DNA of 64,000 nucleotides from Eimeria praecox (lineage: Eukaryota), in NCBI GenBank assembly GCA_963920595.1, contig OY986950.1, forward strand, positions 2,170,001 through 2,234,000. The letters run 5' to 3'. Shown in pieces: positions 1-11,100 of the stretch. Below the pieces are notes generated by a model. That model saw only the letters and a program-made list of their open reading frames with translations. It was not told the DNA's origin and ran no database searches. A program made the position numbers and the translations under genes. Numbering within the stretch: the first letter of the stretch is position 1; every line of letters starts with the position of its first letter.

Positions 1-239
1 CTGTTACAAAGATAAAAAACAATGTCGCGAAGTGTCTATACAGCCAACAACGCATGCAGCAAACGAAGCAGAGAATCTCCTACTTAGTAGATACAGCAGC
101 AGATGCTGCTGCTGCTGCTGCTGGTGCACATGCAAGGGATTCTGCTCATTTGCTGTTGCTGCAGCTGCAGCTGCAGCAGACGCTGGTGCTGTTGCTGTCT
201 TGGGTGTTGCAGCATCACAGCGGCGAAGGAATCTTAGTA

Positions 240-271
<32 letters not shown>

Positions 272-686
272 AGCTGGTGCTGCTGCTCTTGAATGCTAAG
301 AAGGTGCAGCAAGAGGGTTGGCGTGCCTGTAGATGATGCGGTGGTTGGGGCCGAAGAGCTCAGTGTTTTCTGTAAAGCAGCAACATCCCTCATCTGGTCT
401 GCGGCTGACAGCCGCGAATAAAGATCTCATAACATGTTGCTGTTTCTCGTGGGGCTGCAAGGCATAGCAGCGATGCAAATAGACAAGAAGAGATTGCATG
501 CATATGACGGGTAGCAGCTGCTTTTCTGCTGTCATACAATGGAGGTATTGCAAGTATTTTGATGAAGCAATTCGTGTCTGCTATTATAAAATAAAGAAAA
601 AAACAAATGCTACTCACTGTTCCGTCGTAAAAACGCACAATACGCGGCTTTCCTTGTGTATTCACGACGACCACCGACTTGATCAT
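1..686 (-). CDS. Adaptor protein complex small (sigma) subunit, AP-3 sigma-like; 5' part, runs off the window start
   Basis: Exons 686-618 (MIKSVVVVNTQGKPRIVRFYDGT, then GTGAGT), 454-327 (PHEKQQHVMRSLFAAVSRRPDEGCCCF...IIYR) and 35-1 (HFATLFFIFVT). Together they rebuild the typical sigma-adaptin motifs GKPRxxRFY and IYRHxATLxF. Confidence 0.9.
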
Positions 687-1612
687 CGTAAGGGGAAACT
701 GTAAGGAAATCAGCTTCTCCTGCTGCGGAAACGGAAGAAGAAAGGGCGTTTCGAGCAGCCAGAATGTAATAAAAATGACAGAAATGGGTCAAAAATATAT
801 TGCTTTTGAATTTAGCTTATCGTTTCTTCTGCTGATTTGCAACAGACTCTCATGAGCGAACAGGTGTTCGGAGGTTCTACCCAGGCACTTTCAGAGCTTG
901 TAGGGTCTTTAATGCCGCAAATTCCCTGGAATTTCAACATCAATGAGTATATTGAATGCTCTATTTAAAAAGGAAACTCGACTAATACAAAAAAGAATGG
1001 GGGGCAGGAGCAGTTGCAATCCTTGCAGTTTCCCATGTATGGGCTGCTGGAGCGTGCAACTTCTACGGTGTATTGGCAGCTCGTGAACGCGCGGCAAATT
1101 TTGCGGGAAACATTAAATGCAGACTTCAAAGTATACCTTAATTTTGATGCTTTCTTTCTGTGAATCTTGTACTTTCTTCCTTTATAAAGCGAAGCCTCAG
1201 CAAGGAACATTGTTGCTTTCGTTCGCTGCTCCTTCTCAATAGCTGCGGAATCTAGGCTGTTTTTCTGGAACTGTTTCGTTGATTTTTTCGCATATTCATG
1301 AGTAAATATTCTTCCGATTGGACTTCCTCTTTATTAGAAGTCTTTCTTTTTATTTATATGCCTCCATCTCCAGGCTTTCCTTCGTTTTCTGTTTTAAGTT
1401 TCGGCGCTTTAGGGAACACTTAGCAGGCCCATCCGCGTTGGGTGGGCTCTTGTTGAACACGAATGCCTTTCAGCTTGTGAATGAGATCTTCTTTGTCTGT
1501 TTTATCGAGGACAACAAGACATTTCTGAAGGGTGTTGTTAGACTGTTCCTCTTGCTTCCAAGGACCTCCAGGATTTGAGATCGCAACCTCAGTAGAGGCT
1601 GCAGGGGCTGAG

Positions 1613-2758
1613 ATGCATTATCTTTATTTGCTGCAGCTGGGGGTTCTTCTCTCCACAGCGGGGGGAGTCTTAGCGAACGAGCAGCTTGAAGACGGTGTTG
1701 CTGCCAATACAATCGTAAAGGAAGAGACTCAACCCTTATCTACCCTAGCAGCAGATGCAACAGACTTTGTTCCTCCTACAGATTTCCCCTTAGATATACT
1801 TCTTCAAGATAAACATGCAGCTGATAGTTATTCTATTGAAAACTCGACACAGAGATCTACAGCAGAGACAAAGAGTTTTCCTATGCGCCATAAAACTCTT
1901 ACAACTTTCCTCGTCTTAGGTGTATNNNNNNNNNNNNNNNNNNNNNNNNNNNNNNNNNNNNNNNNNNNNNNNNNNNNNNNNNNNNNNNNNNNNNNNNNNN
2001 NNNNNNNNNNNNNNNNNNNNNNNNNNNNNNNNNNNNNNNNNNNNNNNNNNNNNNNNNNNNNNNNNNNNNNNNNNNNNNNNNNNNNNNNNNNNNNNNNNNN
2101 NNNNNNNNNNNNNNNNNNNNNNNNNGTATTGCTCCTTTCATGGTATTATGCTCTGGGAAAAGAAGAAGAATTTGTAAGAAACACTAAACCCTTGTGCTCC
2201 TTCAAACCCTAAACCCTAAACCCTAGTGCTAATCCAAACCATAAGCCCTCATGCATGCAGAGAAACTGGTTAGGGTTTAGGGTTTAGGGTTTAAGGTTGA
2301 CGTAGATTTTCTAAATCTAACAGCTTGCTGTCCTTGCATATCTCTTGATGTTTTCTTGCTTTGTTTATCCCTGTATAAAATACAAACGCACTCTCTGCTT
2401 CAGACAATTAAACCCTAAACCCTAAACCCTAAAGGGTTTAGGGGTTTAGATATTACCCTGAGGCCTTTCAGTATATTTGGCTCGAATAAATACAAATGTA
2501 GATCTAATATTTATCTATGTTTAATTTATTGTTTAAATAAATATACATATTTATATTTTCTGTAACGTGTTTAAACAAAAAGTCTCTAATCTTGTTTATT
2601 TACTGTGAGCTAGAAATATACAGTGATATTACTATCATTATTTATTATTATTATTATTATTAAATAATAATATTTAACAATATTATGTTAAGAAATAATA
2701 ATAATATTGTTATTATTAAATAATAATACTTTACAATATTATGTTGTACTATCACTGC

Positions 2759-2797
<39 letters not shown>

Positions 2798-4518
2798 CTG
2801 TATATATAATATATATGTATAATCGTAACACTAATAATAATAAGTTAGTGAAAGACTACAACAAATATAAGTAATATAATAAGCTGCAGCATGTGGTGGT
2901 GTGTCTTGTATCTGCGGTGTCTGTACACTCCATCAGTCAACAGGAGAACAAGAAAGCTTTCAGCCTTTGCCTTCTCCAAATGAAGAAGAAAAGAAAAGAA
3001 GACAAGATCTAAGTAGAAGCAGCAGAAGAGGAGAAGATGTACCTGACAGCTACAGGGGGGATAGACACAGAATCAGCAGCAGCAGCAGCAGCAGCAGAAG
3101 CAGCACCAGCAGCAGCAGCAGGCGGGCAGATACCGTCGACGGCGTCACCAAAGGCAGCAGCAGCAGCAGCAGCAGCATAGCAGAAGGCTCGTCTTCTGCT
3201 GCTGCTGCTTCTAATCGTGGAAAGCAGACAAGTCCTTCATCTCCTTCTTCATCTAACAACAACAGTTTGTTGCCTGTGTCTGCTGTAGCAAATACAAAAG
3301 CAGCAAAAAAACCTGTATTACATTTAAGATCAGATGTATTAGAACAACAAACACAAACTTCTCCTGTCTCTCCTTTTCTACATCCTGACCCTTTCCCTTT
3401 ATTATGGATTCGAGACACTGATAAAAATGCATCCAAAAAAAAACAAAAAGTATAAAACACATTTCAAATGTACAGACACCTCAAAACCTCCACAGCCACA
3501 TATATATGTATATATATATATATATATATGTAGATATAGATACAGATATTATTTATATATCTGTATATAGATCTGTATCTATGTATATATTTGTATCTAT
3601 ATATCTATATATCTATATCTGTGCATCTATATATATCTAATCTCTATATCTATATATCTATATATCTTCATCTATATATAATATATAATATTATATATAT
3701 ATATACTAATTCGTTCGTCGTGTTTCTCTTCTTCTCTGCTGTGCTGTAGGAAAAACAAAAGTCTAGAATGCGTAAATACTTGAGTCCAGGACAGGTTATA
3801 GCGACTGTAAGCCAACTTCACAGCTCCCTCGGCCTTTGTCAGGGGTTTAGGGTTTAGGGTTTAGGGTTTAGGGTTTAGGGTTTTGATTTAGGGTTTAGGG
3901 TTTAGGTAGGAAGGCTGTTGCAGCTGCCTCGTTGTTTGCGTGCGTGTTTATAACTTGCAGAGGGTAAATGTTTTAGGGTTTAGGGTTTAGGGTTTAGGGT
4001 TTTTTGGTGGTTGTGCTGTATCTTTCATAAATTGATCCTTCATATTTGAGCTGTACGTACAGCTTAATATTCCCTTAAAATATTTGTGATGTGTTTGCTG
4101 CAGGGCTCAGCTATCCTATCTTCTGTACGTACAGCAGCAATTACAATCCCCCTCCACAGCAGCAGCTTAGAGCAACAGCAGCAGCAACAGCAGCAGCAAC
4201 AGCTGCTGCTGCAACTACAACCCTCCACTATCGCTGCAGCTTAGAACAACAGCAGCTACTGCAGCAGCAGCAGCAGCTGGACACCTTCAGTATGGTGTTT
4301 GTAAGGAAGGGGCTTTCCTTGTGTGAGGGCGTGTTTGTTGTGCTCAGGCATTTGTAGGTTACTATAGCAGCAACAAGAAGAAGATAAAGAAATAAAATAT
4401 TGTTTATATTTAGTATTTGTCTCTTTCCCTCCCTCTCTTTCTTTGTATTTTCTGCTGCTGCAGTGTCTGATAGATAGCAGGTCCCCATCGCACTCATCTC
4501 TTGCTGCTGCTGCTGCTG

Positions 4519-4549
<31 letters not shown>

Positions 4550-4667
4550 GTGTATGCAGGGGTTTATGAAGGACAGCTCGAGGGGGCTGAGGTCGCTGCT
4601 AAGTGTGTTGTGGGCGCCGCAGCTAGAAAGCCCTCCTCTTCCCAACATCGACAATGAATTTGATTAA
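1613..4667 (+). CDS. Multi-exon hypothetical protein with signal peptide and a probable TM helix
   Basis: ATG at 1613 begins MHYLYLLQLGVLLSTAGGVLA (signal-like). Hydrophobic LTTFLVLGV/LLLSWYY spans the N gap, followed by a GTAAGA donor at ~2174. Further exon-like segments at ~2935-3449 (Ser-rich), ~3750-3806 and ~4560-4667 (ends PNIDNEFD*). Exon chaining not verified. Confidence 0.5.
1926..2125. other. Assembly gap (200 N)
   Basis: Run of N seen directly. Confidence 1.
2204..2449. repeat. Interstitial telomere-like heptamer repeats (AAACCCT/TTTAGGG) in both orientations
   Basis: (AAACCCT)3 at 2204-2224, TTTAGGG copies at ~2270-2293, and a head-to-head block at 2410-2449. Confidence 0.95.
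3843..4000. repeat. Interstitial telomere-like (TTTAGGG)n repeats
   Basis: Arrays at ~3843-3906 and ~3972-4000, in a presumed intron. Confidence 0.95.
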
Positions 4668-6941
4668 GTAAAAGTGTTAGTATTTCGAGCAGCAGTATAT
4701 GCTTGTTGTGGTGGTGTTGTTGCTGCTGCTGCTGTTGCTGTTGCTGCAGTGGCAGCAGCAACAGCAACAGCAGCAGCAGCAGCAGCAGCGGCAGCAGCAG
4801 TAGTTATGTTGCTTTATTATTTCTTATCGGTTTGCATGCATGGGGTTTGCATGCTTTCCGGTCTCCCTACACACACAGGCACGGGGTGTATAGACACTGT
4901 ATCTGTGAGGATGCTGTGTGTTTTTGTTCTAAGTTTAAAGTATAAAACATACAGCAGATAATAATGAGTGGCTGTTTTATTAACTTGGGGCTTGCTGCTA
5001 GCTTCATCTTCGCGCTGCTCCAGGTGTACACGCAGGTAGGGGTCTGCATGCAGCCCCAGGGAGGGCGTTTTAGTATTCAACCGATTTCAAAGACGCAAGG
5101 CCAAAGCAGCAGCGGCTGTTGCTGCTGATGGTGCTGCAGTTGCAGCAGCAACTGTAACTGTAGCAGCAGCAACTGCAGCAGCAGAGCTGCGGCCTCTGCT
5201 GCAGCGAACATGTTCAACAGCTCAGCAGTAAGAATAAGTGTTTGATTTAATTGTAGTATAGTGTATCTTGAGCTTCACAGCCCCTCTTCAAAGGCAAATG
5301 CTTCTTAAGGAGGATAAGCTGTGAAGCTGTGTCTGCTGCTGTGTCTATACACCGCATTTTTCTCTTCTTATTTTAAATACAAACGAAGATAACATTTGGC
5401 TTCATATTTATAGCTGTCACATCCATGCAGCTTTCTGTTCTTGCGTTGTTTTCTGCTTCTTCTACTGTAGCCTCAGAGATGATACTGCATGCCCTTTTGC
5501 TGCTGCTGCTGCTGCTGCTGCAGCCATTGAGCTGTCTGCTGCTGCTCCTGCTGCAGTCATTGAGCTGTCTGCTGCTGCTGCAGTAGTAGAGGGCTCAATG
5601 GAGGTTAAGGGGCATCAGTGAGTGTAGTTATACAGCCGAAGACAGTTGTATTTGTAGTCTGTGTTTAGAGAGCAACGGGGATGCATGCATGCAAAGCATG
5701 TGATGCCTATCCATATAAACAAACTCTAGTACAAACCGTGAAGGATATAACATCTCCCTTACATACAAGGAAGAGGAGGCCCTCGTCTAGAGAGTCGACA
5801 CGCCTGCTGCCCCCTCAAACGGGGCTGCATGCAGGTGTTTGCAGGGTGGAAAGCTGCAGTGTATGCAGAGGATTATCGTGGTGTTGTTGTTGTGTTTGAG
5901 GTAGGAAGCCTTAAACAACAGCAAGCATTGATATAGGCAACTACTCGAAGGGAAGTACGAAGGCTAAGGGTCACCTCCTTACACATTAATTTACTGTTTT
6001 CTATAAAAGAATAGTTTTGAATAGAAAGAAAACCGGAAATGTTGGTGAGATACTTCGATGATCGCATGTTTATATATATATTGTTGTTGTTGGAAGGTGA
6101 TGCTGAACGTAGATGATCGCATCGTTACGCCTCTTGTATATGAGAAGAAGTCCGTACGACTAATTCTTTTTGTGTTTTTTATAGATCTTCAACTCCAAAT
6201 TAACAAAAATAAAACGTTTTCTACAATATACTACCCTCCTCCCCCCTCTGCATGTCGCCGGGGGTTGAGGCCGTGTGTGTCTAACAAGGCAGGCGGTGTG
6301 GTGTACGTACACTCAACATGAGCGTGAAGGATCGTAAGATGCCAGCTGAAACCGAAATCCTCTTAGAGGCACACTTTATAGGACCCTTTGAATCTGGGCG
6401 TTTAACTTTATTTTTATTTTCTTCTATAAAACACCCAGATAAGGTCTGTTTGCCGCAAGGTTCGCGCCTTAGATTGCCGGCGCGATGCTCGCTTGAAGGT
6501 ACCTCTCTACACCTAATCGAGCAGAACGAAGTGTATCGAAGCTTCAATTCATTTCGTGAATCTGTAAAGTATTTAATTTGTCATTCACATCTACAATTCT
6601 TTCACCCATTCGAAATACAAAACAAAGACTACTACCGCCGTACTGCTGAGCCGGCCGGCTGGACTCAGCAACATATGACTGTCGATTTCTTCTACGTTGT
6701 TTGTTGAATGAATATAATTTGCGGCTTTTCTTTCTGTTTTTCAAGTATAGTGTGTAACTCCCCACGCTTTCCTACCGTTAATTTGACAGACCTCCGCCTC
6801 CCCCTGCAAGACAGCAAGCAGCAAGGGAGGTCCTTGAGACAGGCCGCGCCTGTAGTTGTGAGGGTTCGTACTCGTGTGTTTCTTGCAATCTCACCTCGTC
6901 AATCTGTGTCTGCAGCAGCAGCGCGTGCAGCAGCAGCAAGC

Positions 6942-6974
<33 letters not shown>

Positions 6975-7170
6975 CTTGTGGGAGCACGAGTATCTCCATG
7001 ACGAGCCCGTGAGATATATTAAGGGTATTCAAGAACAGCTGTATCATTCCATGCAGCTTTGAAGCAGCACCGTTTAATGTGTTATGTGTTGATTTAGAAA
7101 GGTGAAGCTGAGGGGCCCTGTCTGTGACGGAGGCTTCCCCTTGAAGGAATCGAGTATAAAGTTTGCAGAT

Positions 7171-8970
7171 ATGAAGGGTCTTCCAGAGGCTGTTGGTGTA
7201 TCTGACGGTTCAGGTGTACGTACACCTGAAGCCAAGGAAGCAGAAAATATGCAGGAAGGGGGGAATGGAGGAGAGTTAAGTATATCTTGCAGCCTCCCTA
7301 GAAATACGAGTTCATATAGTAGAGAAGATACACAAGCAGGCGCCTCCATGTCAGGGACATCAGCAAAGAAGAATGTAGCGTTTCAATCTTCTGTAGAAGT
7401 TGAGGGAGAAGGAGGGAAGAGCAGTATTGCTCCTCTTATATGCAGTGTACGTTCAGATAGTTTGTTTCGGGCTCAAACTGCTTCTGGTCGCCCTCAAAAA
7501 ACAACTGCTCCATTAAATATTAATTTTAAACAATTAAACAGTTATTCAGAAGAAGAAGAATCGAGTGAAGATGGAGCAGAGTCAAGAGAGGCATTCTTTG
7601 CTGTCCCTGCAGCACGATCGCCTGCTGCTGCTTCTCCTCTACATGCTCTCTCCAACGCAGCAGCAGCAGCTGCTGCTGCTGCTGCAGCAGCAGCAGCAAG
7701 GGGAACATCATCTGGGGCTTCAGGTGATGGCCGGCAGCAACAGCAGCAGCAACAGCAACAGCAGCAGCAGCAGCAAGAGGAGGCAATGCAAGAGGATGAG
7801 GAGGAGGAGGAGCCCCAGCTGTATCAACGGCTTATGAACGGTTTACTGTCTCCTTTTAAAGAACTTGCTGGGGGGGAGTTAAATTTTAGTTGGGCTTATA
7901 GAGAAGCAACAGCCATGCATAGACATCAGCTGTCTAGACAGTCATTCGGTGGGGGTAGGAAGATACCTAGTAAACGAGGAGCTGACCACTGGTCAGCTCG
8001 TTTATCTGATGCTCATAGAACCTTTTCTTCAGATTTACAATATTTTCCCCTGCAATTTAGAGAGACAGACGCAGAATCTGAATATGTTGCTGTTACAAAC
8101 TATCAATCTTCTTTACGTTTTTCGGTGTATCTACTGCTGCAACATTGTTTGCTGCTGCCTGTACAGTTCTCGCTGTTGTTGTGGGATCCTGAATCTCAAC
8201 TATGGTCATCTAATACAGGATGGCTGCTTCATCCTCTTATTTTCGCTTTCGTCTTCGTCACTATCTTCGGTTTGTTGCTTGCTCTTGCTCTTCTATACCC
8301 TCATATCATGCCTGGGGGAACAGGCTATTTCTGCCGCGTGCATGCAGCACAAGTTGCATGCGTATATTCTTTCTGTGTAAGCCTCTCCAGCCCCAAAACC
8401 ATGCATGCAACAAAACACAAAAATGAACGGGAAACAAGTCTGCTGCTCGCCATCAAACCAAACGCCACTTACAGCAGCAAACACACCACCACCGGCTGTA
8501 GCTGCAACAGCAGCAGCACCTGCGAAACTGCATGCATGCATACATAAATGCATGCATGCATGCATGCATGCATGCGTTTTGGGGCTTGCTGTGGGGCTTA
8601 CTGTCCTTGCAGTACACAGGGCTTATGAGCGCTTCTCTTGTAGCCGGTCAAGTGTCTATGACGAAGCATCTGGAGATACAGCTGGAGCTTCTACGAACAT
8701 TGGGGATGAAGAGTGGCATATCATTTATGAGTTTGATTACTGAGACATCTATCTTTTATCTTTATGTATTTGCTACTAACGTTCTCTTCATGGATCTTAT
8801 AGGACCTATCCTTACCAAGTGGACGATGGTCTTACACGTCCTTACAGCTCTCTCGCTTACTGCTCCTTTCATCGTTGGCTTTGTTGACGGCAGACTATTT
8901 AGCCTCTGCACTTTGTAAGCACACAAAAACTATAGATAGATAGATAGAGATAGATAGATATAGATATTGC

Positions 8971-9002
<32 letters not shown>

Positions 9003-9030
9003 GCGTCTGTCTATGTATACATGTATGCTC

Positions 9031-9105
<75 letters not shown>

Positions 9106-9626
9106 TACATGTATAGCTATACGACTAGTAATAGCATTCGGAAGTAGACTGCTTTATTGCTGCTGGAGCTGCATGCACAGTGCAGGCTTAATGCATGTGG
9201 ATATGGAGTTGTGTTTTTCGTACAATTACTTACTTGTCCATACAGCACAAGCACACAGTCATGCATGCATATATCTTTGTCTGTCTCGTCTCAGGCTAGC
9301 CGTTGCTACGATTGCAACAATTCTAACAGCGATGGCTTACGCTGGGAGGCTGTCTGGAGAGTTGCAGCACCGCCTGCTGTTCCTTCAGTGGAGGGTGAGG
9401 CAGCGGAAAGATAGGTGTATTAAGACCTTCAGCCTCACCATCTCGGCCTGCCTTTGCAGCTTGATTCAGGGGGGAAAGCAAAGTTAACAAACTTTATTCG
9501 CTACTGCGCTACACTCAACATACACACGCATACATATGCTGCATGCATATGCATGCTTGTTCATGTGCCTTACAAACTTATTGCAAGCCTGTTAAATGTA
9601 TGTTTCTGTACTTCGATGTACCCGAA

Positions 9627-9671
<45 letters not shown>

Positions 9672-10418
9672 AGATATACATATATATATATATGTATGTA
9701 TATGTATACATATGTATATATGTATATATATATATATATATACATATATATATACATATATATATATATGTATATTTTAAAAGTGCGTGTAACCCCAAAG
9801 AGTGAAACAAAAGAGCAGAGTATGGACTATAGAATGCTGCGAATGCATCTTTATCAATCCGAGCGAATGAAGGTAGGGCCCCCTTTTATATACTTTGTCT
9901 GTACACTTTGTGTGCATTTGGCTGAAACTGCAACAGAAATCACGTCTGAGGCTCATGGAGCTTCTACATGAACGGGATGATACTAGTAAGACTCGTACAG
10001 CTATGGAAAACGTTGTTGGCGAACTTGAACAGGTAAGGACCTTACAGGAATATGTCTATATACATATATAATTCATATTGTATATGCGTATATATATATA
10101 TATATGTATATATATATACTTCCTAACATGTGTGCAAATGTGCGTATGAAAACGTACATACGTGGATGTTACGTGTTATGTCTATGCAAACATTGCGTGT
10201 TTATATGCATTTATTCGAATTTAGTTTTGTGTTTTTGTTGCTGTGTTTTTTGCCTCCACAGTGCGGGAAGATCCTGCAGCAAATGCGAAACCTAGAACAT
10301 GATTTTGGGGATGAGTTTCATGAGCTGTATCGAATCGTTTCTGAGTGAGTTGCAACAAACGATCTAACTCCTTTTGTGCTTTCTCCCTTAGATATACAGG
10401 CATATATATATATATTAG

Positions 10419-10452
<34 letters not shown>

Positions 10453-11023
10453 TGGTGATGTCTGTGTTATAAACATATATGTATGTGCATATTTGCACGT
10501 TTCTGGTTGCTTGTTGCAGGTGCCGCCGCACGCTTCTGACTGGCGAGAAGCTGTATACAGTCAACATCGGCAAGGCAGACGTAAGGGTTTGCTTGACTTG
10601 CATTGCAGCTCCTTTGAGCAAGAGAACAAATGAGAAAGAGAACAAATGAAAATACATATAGCAGTGGCAGCGTCTGAACTTGCACTGAAAAGAAGCTGCT
10701 GTTCAGCTTGCGTGCTCGTAGGAATGCTGCGTGTGCAAAATGTATAATAATACTTGTCCGTGCTTGTTTTTGTTTTCCTCTTGCATGCTATGCATTTGCT
10801 TTATTTGCATGCGTTGTGTGTTTGTGTGTGTGGGCGCAGAGGTTCAGCAAGCACTTCTTGCAGCTGTATTCCCACTACGGCACGAATAAAGTTGATCAAC
10901 TCATGAGCACCTCTCACGAGCGTTCTCTGGTTGCATCTCAGTCAGCAGTTCGTCCAAGGCCCGGTGACAGTTCCTCTCAAGGAGGTCCGTTTGTGAAACT
11001 GTCTATGTGCATGTCTGTCTATG

Positions 11024-11100
<77 letters not shown>

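Larger units (their letters stand above)
103..7775. repeat. Dispersed CAG/CTG trinucleotide tracts (Eimeria-type homopolymeric amino-acid repeats where coding)
   Basis: Tracts at ~103-285, 3074-3210, 4160-4280, 4500-4550, 4715-4800, 5500-5580, 6912-6970 and 7657-7775. The last encodes poly-A and poly-Q in the PDE first exon. Confidence 0.95.

Noticed and set aside
3843..4000. True telomere or chromosome end
   Set aside because: Short interstitial arrays inside gene-containing sequence, which is common in Eimeria.
5500..5585. 33-bp direct repeat (gctgcagYcattgagctgtctgctgctgct) x2
   Set aside because: A local slippage duplication within a CTG tract, with no evidence of function.
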